Positions 29,279 to 38,407 of a DNA stretch of 50,077 nucleotides are shown here, piece by piece (within the stretch, counting starts at the first letter, position 1; each line of letters begins with the position of its first letter). This stretch comes from Paracoccaceae bacterium. GTDB taxonomy: Bacteria > Pseudomonadota > Alphaproteobacteria > Rhodobacterales > Rhodobacteraceae. Location of the stretch: contig JAFGWK010000014.1 in the NCBI GenBank assembly GCA_016937195.1, forward strand, positions 1 to 50,077, given 5' to 3'. The translations under genes and the position numbers were made by a program. A model generated the notes under the pieces. That model saw only the letters and a program-made list of their open reading frames with translations. It did no database searches and was not told where the DNA came from.

Positions 29279-30417
29279 GCGATTTTGACCATCTTCTCAG
29301 CCCCGAAGAACGCCAGTTCCTCGACATGCTCGCGCGGTTTTCCAACGAGGTGCTTGTCCCGCAGGCCGGGGCGACCGATGCGTCGGGGGCGTTCGTGCAT
29401 GCCCAACTCGCCGCGCTGGCCGAGACGGGCATGATGGGGGCGAACCTGCCCGAGCGTTGGGGCGGGGCCGATATTTCCGCGCATGCGCTGTTCGAGGCGG
29501 TGGCCTGCATCGCGGGAGGCTGCGGCTCGACCGTCTCGGCGCTGACGGCGCATTATCTGGCCACCGACAGCTTGCTGATTGGGGCTGGCGATGACTTGCG
29601 CGAACGGTTTCTGCCCGCCGCGGCCGAGGGCCGGATGCTGGGCGCGTTCGGGCTGACCGAACCCAATGCCGGCTCTGATCCTGCCGACATGCGCACCAAG
29701 GCCACGCGTGAGGGCGCGGATTGGCGCATCAAGGGCAAGAAATGTTTCATCTCGAATGGCGGCGTGGCGGATTTCATCGTGCTTTACTGCGTCACCGATC
29801 CCGAGGCGGGCCATCGCGGCATCTCGGCTTTCGTGATCGAGAAAGGCACGCCGGGCCTTGTGCCGGGGCGGGTCGAGCAGACGATGGGCCTGCGCGGCGG
29901 TCATGTCTGGGAGCTGGATATCGACGTCGTGGTGCCCGATGCGAACCGCCTTGACGCTGAAGGCACGGGGTTTCGCACCGCGATGAAGGTGCTCGATAAC
30001 GGGCGCGCCGAAGTGGCCGCGATGGCCGTGGGGATCGCGCGCGCCGCGCTCAATGCCGCGCGCGACTGGGCGAAATCGCGCATCATTGGCGGTGAGCCGC
30101 TGTCCAGCCGTCAGGGCATCCAGTGGATGATGGCGGATATGGCGACCGAGCTGTCTGCCGCAGAACTGCTGGGCCATGAGGCTGCGCGCCAACGTCAGGC
30201 CGGGCAGCGTTTCACCACCGCCGCCTCGAAAGCCAAGCTGTTTGCAACCGAGGCCGCCTCGCGCATCGCCGACAATGCGCTGCAAATCCACGGAGGCTAC
30301 GGCTACACGCAGGACTTCCCGCTGGAACGTCACCTTCGCGATCTGCGCATCATGCGCATCTACGAAGGCTCCTCTGAAATTCAACGCAACATCATCGCGG
30401 GCCGCCTGCTCGCCTGA
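29275..30417 (+). CDS. Acyl-CoA dehydrogenase
   Basis: AFGLTEPNAGSD, GKKCFISNG, QIHGGYGY and IYEGSSEIQR (catalytic Glu). Confidence 0.93.
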   Translation: MSDFDHLLSPEERQFLDMLARFSNEVLVPQAGATDASGAFVHAQLAALAETGMMGANLPERWGGADISAHALFEAVACIAGGCGSTVSALTAHYLATDSLLIGAGDDLRERFLPAAAEGRMLGAFGLTEPNAGSDPADMRTKATREGADWRIKGKKCFISNGGVADFIVLYCVTDPEAGHRGISAFVIEKGTPGLVPGRVEQTMGLRGGHVWELDIDVVVPDANRLDAEGTGFRTAMKVLDNGRAEVAAMAVGIARAALNAARDWAKSRIIGGEPLSSRQGIQWMMADMATELSAAELLGHEAARQRQAGQRFTTAASKAKLFATEAASRIADNALQIHGGYGYTQDFPLERHLRDLRIMRIYEGSSEIQRNIIAGRLLA

Positions 30418-30435
30418 CATGCTGAAAGGACCGAT

Positions 30436-32133
30436 TTGATGAACAATCCGCGCCACAATACCCGCGACATTTACCCAGCGACCGGCACCGAGATCACCGC
30501 CAAGAGCTGGCTGACCGAAGCGCCGCTGCGCATGTTGATGAACAACCTGCACCCCGATGTGGCCGAGAACCCGCATGAGCTGGTGGTCTATGGCGGCATC
30601 GGGCGCGCGGCGCGCACCTGGGAAGATTTCGACCTGATCTGCGCATCGCTGCGCAAGCTCGAGGCCGATCAGACGCTTTTGGTGCAATCGGGCAAACCGG
30701 TGGGGATATTTCAGACCCACACCGATGCCCCGCGCGTGTTGATCGCCAATTCCAACCTCGTGCCGCATTGGGCCAATTGGGAACATTTCAACGAGCTCGA
30801 TAAGAAGGGTCTGGCGATGTATGGCCAGATGACGGCGGGCTCGTGGATTTATATCGGTGCGCAGGGCATCGTTCAGGGCACCTATGAGACCTTCGCCGAA
30901 GCCGGTCGCCAGCATTACGATGGTGATCTGAAAGGGCGCTGGATTCTGACCGGCGGGCTTGGCGGTATGGGCGGCGCGCAGCCGCTGGCGGCGGTGATGG
31001 CGGGCGCCTGCTGTCTGGCGGTGGAATGCGACGAGAGCCGCGCCGATTTCCGCATCCGCACCCGCTATTGCGATGAAAAGACTCATTCGCTGGACGAGGC
31101 ACTCGCGATGATCGGGCGCTGGACGGCGGCGGGCGAGGCAAAATCGGTCGCGCTTATCGGCAATGCCGCCGACATCTTCCCCGAGATCCTGCGCCGGATG
31201 CAAGCGGGCGAAGCCCTGCCCAACGGGCGGCCCGACATGGTGACCGACCAGACCTCGGCGCATGATCCCTTCCACGGCTACCTGCCCAAGGGCTGGACCG
31301 TGGCGCAATGGCGCGCCGAGCAGGAGAGCAATCCCGCCGCTGTCGCAAGCGCCGCGCGCGCCTCGATGCGCGATCATGTCGAGGCGATGGTGGGCTTTTG
31401 GAACGCGGGCGTGCCGACGCTCGATTATGGCAATAACATCCGCCAGATGGCGCAAGAAGAAGGGCTGGAAAACGCCTTTGCCTTCCCGGGCTTCGTGCCC
31501 GCCTATATCCGTCCGCTGTTCTGCCGGGGCGTCGGGCCGTTCCGCTGGGCCGCGCTGTCGGGGGATCCCGAAGATATCTACAAGACCGACCAGCGCATGA
31601 AAGAGCTGTTCCCCGAAAACGCGCATCTGCATCGCTGGCTGGATATGGCGCGCGAGCGGATCGCCTTTCAGGGGCTGCCTGCGCGGATCATGTGGATCGG
31701 CCTGAACGAGCGCCACAAGGCGGGTCTGGCGATCAACGAGATGGTGCGCAATGGCGAGTTGAAAGCCCCCGTCGTGATCGGGCGCGATCACCTTGATAGC
31801 GGCTCGGTCGCCTCGCCCAACCGCGAAACCGAGGCGATGAAGGACGGCTCGGACGCGGTATCGGACTGGCCTTTGCTGAACGCGCTGCTCAATACGGCCT
31901 CGGGCGCGACATGGGTATCGCTGCATCACGGCGGCGGCGTTGGCATGGGGTTTTCGCAGCATTCGGGCATGGTGATTTGCTGTGATGGCAGCGAGGACGC
32001 AGATCGCCGTCTTGCCCGTGTGCTGTGGAACGATCCGGCCACCGGCGTCATGCGCCATGCCGATGCGGGCTATGAGATCGCGCGCGATTGCGCCATCGAA
32101 AACGGGCTCGATCTGCCGGGCATCCTGAAATGA
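30436..32133 (+). CDS. hutU: Urocanate hydratase
   Basis: [42 protein letters not shown]. Confidence 0.98.
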   Translation: MMNNPRHNTRDIYPATGTEITAKSWLTEAPLRMLMNNLHPDVAENPHELVVYGGIGRAARTWEDFDLICASLRKLEADQTLLVQSGKPVGIFQTHTDAPRVLIANSNLVPHWANWEHFNELDKKGLAMYGQMTAGSWIYIGAQGIVQGTYETFAEAGRQHYDGDLKGRWILTGGLGGMGGAQPLAAVMAGACCLAVECDESRADFRIRTRYCDEKTHSLDEALAMIGRWTAAGEAKSVALIGNAADIFPEILRRMQAGEALPNGRPDMVTDQTSAHDPFHGYLPKGWTVAQWRAEQESNPAAVASAARASMRDHVEAMVGFWNAGVPTLDYGNNIRQMAQEEGLENAFAFPGFVPAYIRPLFCRGVGPFRWAALSGDPEDIYKTDQRMKELFPENAHLHRWLDMARERIAFQGLPARIMWIGLNERHKAGLAINEMVRNGELKAPVVIGRDHLDSGSVASPNRETEAMKDGSDAVSDWPLLNALLNTASGATWVSLHHGGGVGMGFSQHSGMVICCDGSEDADRRLARVLWNDPATGVMRHADAGYEIARDCAIENGLDLPGILK

Positions 32134-32681
32134 AGATCCTGAGCCGCCACGATCTGAACGCGCAGCCCTGGAAGAACGGGGGCGGTCTGACCTGGGAGAT
32201 CGCCGCCTTTCCCGAAGGGGCGGGGTTTGAGGATATGGCATGGCGGCTCAGCATGGCCGAGGTCGCACGCGACGGCGCGTTCTCGGCCTTTGCGGGGATC
32301 GACCGCACACTGACGTTGCTCTCGGGCGCAGGCATGGTGCTTGAGTTTGCCCAAGGCAGGTCGATCACGCTCGACACGAACGCCCCGCCCCTGTCCTTTC
32401 CGGGCGAGGCGGCCATTCATGCGCGTTTGTGCGACGGGCCAATCCTTGATCTCAACATCATGACGCGGCGCGGTGTCTGCGCGCATCGGGTCGAGACGCT
32501 CGCGCTGCCTTCGCGCCTGCCGGAAGGCACGATTGCCCTCGTCACGCGCGATCAAGCCGTCGAGATCGGCAATCTCGTCTTGCATCCCGGTGAGGTTCTG
32601 CTTTTTGATCATCCCGAGGAGTTGGAGGAGATCGTCACCCGAGGCCCCGTGCTCGCCATTATGGTGCACGCCCTCGCATAA
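32130..32681 (+). CDS. hutD: HutD family cupin protein
   Basis: [35 protein letters not shown]. Confidence 0.9.
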   Translation: MKILSRHDLNAQPWKNGGGLTWEIAAFPEGAGFEDMAWRLSMAEVARDGAFSAFAGIDRTLTLLSGAGMVLEFAQGRSITLDTNAPPLSFPGEAAIHARLCDGPILDLNIMTRRGVCAHRVETLALPSRLPEGTIALVTRDQAVEIGNLVLHPGEVLLFDHPEELEEIVTRGPVLAIMVHALA

Positions 32682-32780
32682 TTCTTTCCGGCGCCGGGGA
32701 AACCTGCGCCGGATCCCCCCATCCGGCTGCCAGAGGGGCGCGGCACCGGTCACAAAAGCCCCGCTAACAGGAGAGACGAC

Positions 32781-33593
32781 ATGACCTTTTCCACAACACT
32801 GAAATCCGCGCTTTTCGGTCTGGGCGCGCTTGCCATGACCGCATCAGGCGCGATGGCAGACGATCTGGCCGACATCAAGTCAGCCGGCAAGATCGTCGCC
32901 GCGACCGAAATGCACTACGCCCCGTTCGACATGCTTGAAAACGGCGAATATGTCGGTTTCGACCGCGACCTGTTTGACGAGATCGCCAAGGAACTGGGCG
33001 TCACGCCAGTCTATCAGGATCTGCCCTGGACCTCGATCCTGCCCGGTCTTGAAGTCAAGAAATTCGACTTCGTGCTGGCACCGGTCACGATGACCGCCGA
33101 GCGTGCTGATCGCTACAGCTTTACCCTGCCGATCGCGGATGCGACCGTGGCCTTTGTGCAGCGCAAAGGTGGCAAGCTGAGCACGCCGGAAGACGCCAAG
33201 GGCATGACCGTGGGCGTGCAGAAAGGCACCGCGCAAGAGAAACAACTCGAGGCCTATGGCGAGAAGATTGGCGGCATCAACGTCAAGGGTTACGGCACCA
33301 CGGATGAAGCCTATGCCGACCTGATGACGGGTCGCCTTGACGCGGTTGCCGGCTCGGCGCCGCTTCTGAACTTCCTCGCCAAGACCCGCCCCGACGATTT
33401 CGCCGTCGTCAACCCGCCCTTCGGCACGCCGACCTATTTCGGCTTTGTCGCGCGCAAGGGCGAGGGCGACACGCTGGTCGCGGCGGTCAATGATGCGCTC
33501 AAAAAGATTGAGGCCGATGGCCGCATGACGGCGATGCAGGAAAAATGGTTCGGCGCCGCAACCGAGCTGCCCATGACCATGCCCCAGATCTAA
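32781..33593 (+). CDS. Polar amino acid ABC transporter substrate-binding protein
   Basis: Signal peptide; YAPFD, GFDRDL, TMTAERA...FT.P (SBP family 3). Confidence 0.9.
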   Translation: MTFSTTLKSALFGLGALAMTASGAMADDLADIKSAGKIVAATEMHYAPFDMLENGEYVGFDRDLFDEIAKELGVTPVYQDLPWTSILPGLEVKKFDFVLAPVTMTAERADRYSFTLPIADATVAFVQRKGGKLSTPEDAKGMTVGVQKGTAQEKQLEAYGEKIGGINVKGYGTTDEAYADLMTGRLDAVAGSAPLLNFLAKTRPDDFAVVNPPFGTPTYFGFVARKGEGDTLVAAVNDALKKIEADGRMTAMQEKWFGAATELPMTMPQI

Positions 33594-33662
33594 GATCTTG
33601 CGCGCGCGGGCTGGCTGCTATCTGGCCCGCGCGACGTGCTCACCCACAATCAAGGTGTGGCA

Positions 33663-34310
33663 ATGTTCTCATTCCAGACGATCATTGACAATTTTCCGGT
33701 GCTGCTTGGTGCGGCGCGCTATACGCTGCTGATCTCGGTGCTCGGCTGTATCGAGGGGCTTATCTTAGGCGCGCTGATCTGTGCGGCCGCCCTGTCCCCC
33801 AAGCTCTGGCTGCGCCGGTGCGCGGCGCTTTACGTCAGCTTCTTTCGCGGCGTGCCGCTGCTGATCCAGCTTCTTGCGGCCTATTACCTGCTGCCGGTGA
33901 TCGGGATCAACGTGCCCGCCCTTGTCGCGGCTGTGCTGACCGTGGGGCTATGCGCCGCGGCCTATCTAGCAGAGGTGCTGCGCGGGTCACTGAACGCAAT
34001 CCCGAAAGGTCAGGCCGAGGCCGCCGCCGCGATCGGCATGGCGCCCCGCGATGTCTGGGTGCGCATCCTTCTGCCCCAAGCGCTCAAGATCGGCCTGCCT
34101 GCCATCGTCAACGAGCTGATCTTGCTGGTCAAAGCCAGCTCACTTGTGACCGTGGTCGGCATTGTCGAGATCACGCGGATGAGCCAGTCCATCGCCGCCG
34201 CCACCTACCGCCCGCTCGAAATCTACCTCGCGGCCGCTTTCATCTACCTCGCGATCAACCTCGTGATTGCACAGGCCGGACGCATCCTGGAACGGAGGCT
34301 CACGGTCTGA
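33663..34310 (+). CDS. Amino acid ABC transporter permease
   Basis: FFRGVPLLIQL; AEVLRG..AIPKGQAEAA EAA loop. Confidence 0.9.
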   Translation: MFSFQTIIDNFPVLLGAARYTLLISVLGCIEGLILGALICAAALSPKLWLRRCAALYVSFFRGVPLLIQLLAAYYLLPVIGINVPALVAAVLTVGLCAAAYLAEVLRGSLNAIPKGQAEAAAAIGMAPRDVWVRILLPQALKIGLPAIVNELILLVKASSLVTVVGIVEITRMSQSIAAATYRPLEIYLAAAFIYLAINLVIAQAGRILERRLTV

Positions 34311-34969
34311 TGATGGAGACATTGCACCGCTACGGCCCGGATCTGCTAACCGGGTTCGGCTTTACCCTTCTCAGCTGGGCGCTTGGCACGGTCCTTGGTC
34401 TGGCCCTTGGCTTTGTGATCGAGATCGCACGCCGGTTCGGGCCGCGCGCCCTTGGCTATCCGATCCGTGCCTATGTCGAGTTCATTCGCGGCACACCCTT
34501 TCTTGTGCAGCTTTTTGTGCTCTATTACGGCGGGCCGCTGATCGGGTTGCGCCTGGATGCGTTGCCCGCGGGCATCCTTGGATTAACGATCTATGGCAGC
34601 GCCTATTTCACCGAAATCCTGCGCGCGGGATTTGACGCGGTGCCACTTGGCCAGATCGAGGCCGCGCGCGCCATCGGCTTTCGCAACACCACCATCGTGA
34701 TGCGTATCATGGTGCCGGTAATGATGGTCTCGGCCCTTCCGGCGCTGGTGAATTTCGCGATTATTCTGACGAAGGAAACCGTGATCCTGTCGATGATTAC
34801 CGTTCCCGAAATCATGTTCCAGACCCAGACGATGATGAGCGAGACCTTCGCCTTCGTCACCCCGATCCTGATCCTCGCGCTGTTCTTCTGGGGCTTTATC
34901 GAGACGATCTCGCGCTTCGGGCGCCGTCTAGAACGCCGCTTCACCCATTACCTCATTGATCGGACCTGA
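34310..34969 (+). CDS. Amino acid ABC transporter permease
   Basis: YVEFIRGTPFLVQL; EILRAG..AVPLGQIEAA. Confidence 0.9.
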   Translation: MMETLHRYGPDLLTGFGFTLLSWALGTVLGLALGFVIEIARRFGPRALGYPIRAYVEFIRGTPFLVQLFVLYYGGPLIGLRLDALPAGILGLTIYGSAYFTEILRAGFDAVPLGQIEAARAIGFRNTTIVMRIMVPVMMVSALPALVNFAIILTKETVILSMITVPEIMFQTQTMMSETFAFVTPILILALFFWGFIETISRFGRRLERRFTHYLIDRT

Positions 34970-34972
34970 GAG

Positions 34973-35767
34973 ATGACCAATCAGCAAACCGCACCGGCGT
35001 CTGCCCATCTGCGCAATGTCTGCAAATTCTATGGCCCTTTTCAGGCGCTCAAAGACGTCTCACTCGACATTCCTCCGGGCAAGGTGACCTGCCTGATCGG
35101 CCCCTCGGGGTCGGGAAAATCCACGCTGCTGCGCTGCATCAACGTGCTTGAGATGTATGACAGCGGCGAGGTGCGTATCGACGACCAGCTGATCGGCTAT
35201 GACAGCCCCGGCGGCAAACCCATGGCGCCGCGCCGCTTGCGCGAAATGCGCCGCGAGATCGGGATGGTGTTTCAGCAGTTCAACCTGTGGCCGCATATGA
35301 CCGCCTTGCAAAATGTCACCGAAGGGTTGGAGCGCGTGCGCGGGCTGTCGCGCGCCGAGGCGCAAAGCCGCGCCCGCGAGGCATTGGCGAAGGTCGGGCT
35401 GGCCGATAAGGAGAGCAATCACCCCAGCCACCTGTCGGGCGGGCAGCTGCAGCGCGTGGCAATCGCCCGCGCCATCGCGATGGAGCCGCGCATCATGCTG
35501 TTTGACGAACCGACAAGCGCGCTTGACCCTGAACTGGTCGGTGAGGTGCTGGGCGTGATGAAACAGCTTGCCGCCGAGGGCATGACGATGGTCGTGGTCA
35601 CCCACGAGATGGGATTTGCCGCCCATGTCGCTGACCGGGTGGTGTTCATGGAGCGCGGCGAAATCGTCGCGACCGGCTCGCCCCGCGAGGTGTTCGACGC
35701 CCCCTCCGACCCGCGCCTCGCAAGTTTTCTGCAAGGCTACCGCGAACGCAATTCGCTTGATTTTTGA
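34973..35767 (+). CDS. Amino acid ABC transporter ATP-binding protein
   Basis: [29 protein letters not shown]. Confidence 0.93.
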   Translation: MTNQQTAPASAHLRNVCKFYGPFQALKDVSLDIPPGKVTCLIGPSGSGKSTLLRCINVLEMYDSGEVRIDDQLIGYDSPGGKPMAPRRLREMRREIGMVFQQFNLWPHMTALQNVTEGLERVRGLSRAEAQSRAREALAKVGLADKESNHPSHLSGGQLQRVAIARAIAMEPRIMLFDEPTSALDPELVGEVLGVMKQLAAEGMTMVVVTHEMGFAAHVADRVVFMERGEIVATGSPREVFDAPSDPRLASFLQGYRERNSLDF

Positions 35768-35829
35768 GTGGGTGTCGGATCGTCATTTTTGATACTTTGC
35801 GGGACAAGATCTGCGACGAAGATAGCCGC

Positions 35830-36113
35830 AGCAGGGTCGAGAACAAGGCCGCCAACTTCTCTCTCGGCGTCACCGGGTATCGGGCGGATCAAAAACGTGT
35901 GGGGGATCTGCCACATTTTCATAGCTTTCTTCACCCAGTTGCCTCCTTCGCTGGATACGGCCCCGGCGCGCGATGCAGGAGGCCGCAGCATGAGCTGAAC
36001 GGCCCTATCACCGCCTTGAGGCGGATAGACGGGCGATCGCTCGAATGCGAAGACGCCGTTCAACGCAATCAGGCGTCAAAATCGGTGATTTCGACCGACT
36101 TTTTCAACACAAT
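35830..36113 (+). mobile_element. Degraded IS1182-family right end
   Basis: Terminal GACTTTTTCAACACAAT (36097-36113) matches the IRs of the IS at 41402-43004; a relic peptide KAANFSLGVTGY lies upstream. Confidence 0.55.
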
Positions 36114-36400
36114 GGGCGGTGAGCCGACAGATGCATGTGCGGCAACCCCATGAGAGCTTCGGCGGAAGCGGCCATTGGAACTCGATGCAAGAAGCTGGCG
36201 ACGATACTTGTCCAGATCGAAGCAATCGGCCCTTCGCAAAACACTCAGGTATGGTTCAGCAAGTTCATATCCTGTGCAGGCGCAGCGTGGATCAGACCCA
36301 CATCTCAAATTTGCAGTTGTTTCTGGGCAGCCAAGGCTCGTAGCCTGAGGACAAGTTGCGAAGGCGTCCTGATGATAACCGAAAAGTGGAAAGATTATCG

Positions 36401-38161
36401 ATGAATGACATTGTCTTAGCTAAGGTTAACGCCCCTCGCCCGGCAGACGCAGAATTAGATCGATTTGTGAAGTTCAGGCTTGTTGAACTTACGTTTCACT
36501 ATTCTTTGGATAGCTATAAGGCTCCGGCATTGAACTCTCCGTTCATTGCCCAGGAGCTGTTGGGGCTTATTAAGATCGTTCGCGAAACAGGAAAGGGAAA
36601 AGGAGAAATTCCGCTGGTATTGGAGGAGTTGCGCCATAGATTGAGCTCAGATCCAGTCGCTGCAGTTTTAATAGGAATCTCAATTCAGGGCGTGCTTCCA
36701 GATAATGTTGAAGATTCTCCTGACTTCGAGTCCAGAGTGGGTGCAATTGCCGCCCGCCTCAATCCGCTTGCATATCTTAGCGCGCTAGAGTCTGCCTTGG
36801 ATGATGAGTTAAAATCTCCAAAGCCATCTAAGGAGACAGTAGATCACATCATCTCAAATTTAGTGACAACCAAGATAAATCTTGGGATGTCCAGTAGCTT
36901 CATTCATGCGGTTTCCAAGCGAAGCTTCAATCCCAAAAGCCCCAAGACGACCGCAGAGAAAGCGGCCGAATTTCTAAGTGAGACCGCCCTGCTCCGGTCG
37001 AATTACAAAGTAATTCTGAGGGCGGATATCCGATCGGATGGTGTCAGGCACGATCATTATAACGCCTTCGACATTCAGCTCCCCGACCGCATGCCTGACG
37101 AGTTCAAAGTGAAGCCTAGGCCCGGCAGGGCTGAGGACATGCTTGAAGAAAACGGCACAAAGAAGCTAGTCATAATTGATGGAATTAATGCGACTGATCC
37201 ACATGCCGCAGTTCACAAGTCAATCAAAAAAATGCAACATCTCTTCGACCTTGTTGCGATATTTGACCACAAATCGAACGTGTCTATTGAAGCAAATGCA
37301 AGAGCGCTGAACACTGACGACAACAAGTGTTACCGAGTTCACTCATTGAGAAATCGGATGACATTTATCGATGAGGGGCAGACAAAAAGAACTCTTGGTG
37401 ATCTAGATTCTTTTCTCAGCAACTTGAAGTTTTCAGATCGAAGGGAGTTATCTAAGTTTCTTAGGGCGATCACACTTCATGGCCAGGCGATAACCACATC
37501 CAGCGAAGAGGCCCAACTTCTCAATCTTTGGACCGCAATGGAGATAGTTGGAAGAAATATGAGAAAAACCTCAATTGTTGAGGATGTAGCGGGATCACTG
37601 CTGCCGGTAATTTCTCTTGGATATCCCACCAGAATAGTAGACGCATGGGCGAAGCGGGCAGAGGTCAACTCTAAAGAGTTCGTTGATTTTTGCAAAGAAA
37701 GAAGCGACGTATCTAATTGGAAAATTGCGTTTATCCTGAAAACAATGAAAGAGGAGGATCACAGAGAGGCATGCCGCATATTGAAGAACAGTCCCGCTCT
37801 CCTCTTCCGCGGCTTCACCATCGGGAAACGATTTGGAACCCCAAAGCACCTGCTGGAAGATCTAAGTAGACATGAAAAATTTGTTTGCTGGCAGATACAT
37901 CGAATTTACCGAGCCAGAAATATCATAACACATAGCGGAGCTAGCCCGACCTACTGTGGCGCACTGGTGGATAACGCCCACGACTACCTTGACCAAGTTT
38001 TGACCGAACTGGGGCGGAATCTCTGCTCGGATCGACCATTTGGAACTATATCTGATATGCTTACTTTTGCCGAGGTGCAGCTTTCAACCTGGAGATCTAC
38101 CCTCAAATCCAAGGAGCAATGGGACCAAGCTGGCGGGCTTTTCAGTCCACCAGCTTGGTGA
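36401..38161 (+). CDS. Large low-GC protein with C-terminal HEPN-like domain
   Basis: QLLNLWTAME helix followed by IYRARNIITHSG (RxxxxH), as in ApeA-like HEPN domains. Confidence 0.65.
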   Translation: MNDIVLAKVNAPRPADAELDRFVKFRLVELTFHYSLDSYKAPALNSPFIAQELLGLIKIVRETGKGKGEIPLVLEELRHRLSSDPVAAVLIGISIQGVLPDNVEDSPDFESRVGAIAARLNPLAYLSALESALDDELKSPKPSKETVDHIISNLVTTKINLGMSSSFIHAVSKRSFNPKSPKTTAEKAAEFLSETALLRSNYKVILRADIRSDGVRHDHYNAFDIQLPDRMPDEFKVKPRPGRAEDMLEENGTKKLVIIDGINATDPHAAVHKSIKKMQHLFDLVAIFDHKSNVSIEANARALNTDDNKCYRVHSLRNRMTFIDEGQTKRTLGDLDSFLSNLKFSDRRELSKFLRAITLHGQAITTSSEEAQLLNLWTAMEIVGRNMRKTSIVEDVAGSLLPVISLGYPTRIVDAWAKRAEVNSKEFVDFCKERSDVSNWKIAFILKTMKEEDHREACRILKNSPALLFRGFTIGKRFGTPKHLLEDLSRHEKFVCWQIHRIYRARNIITHSGASPTYCGALVDNAHDYLDQVLTELGRNLCSDRPFGTISDMLTFAEVQLSTWRSTLKSKEQWDQAGGLFSPPAW

Positions 38162-38407
38162 ATTTGGTCCCGCAGCAGCGACGTTGACCGCTAAGGAGCG
38201 GAGCGATACGAGCGAACGGCTGGTTCGGTCGAGCTGCACCGCGGCACCTGGCGGGTGCTGACCGGCGGCTCTGGGCCGGTCGGTTCGCCCGACACTGAGG
38301 GCAAAGCGGGCTTTCTCTGCGGCGACCATGAACGTCCCGAGGGCGCTGCCCGCGAACCTTCGTCGAAGGCCGCGCCAATGGCGGCTGGATAGCCCCCTTA
38401 CAGCATG

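Noticed and set aside
29122-32241. 1039-aa minus-strand ORF
   Set aside because: Antisense shadow of the acyl-CoA dehydrogenase and hutU genes in GC-rich DNA; no motifs.
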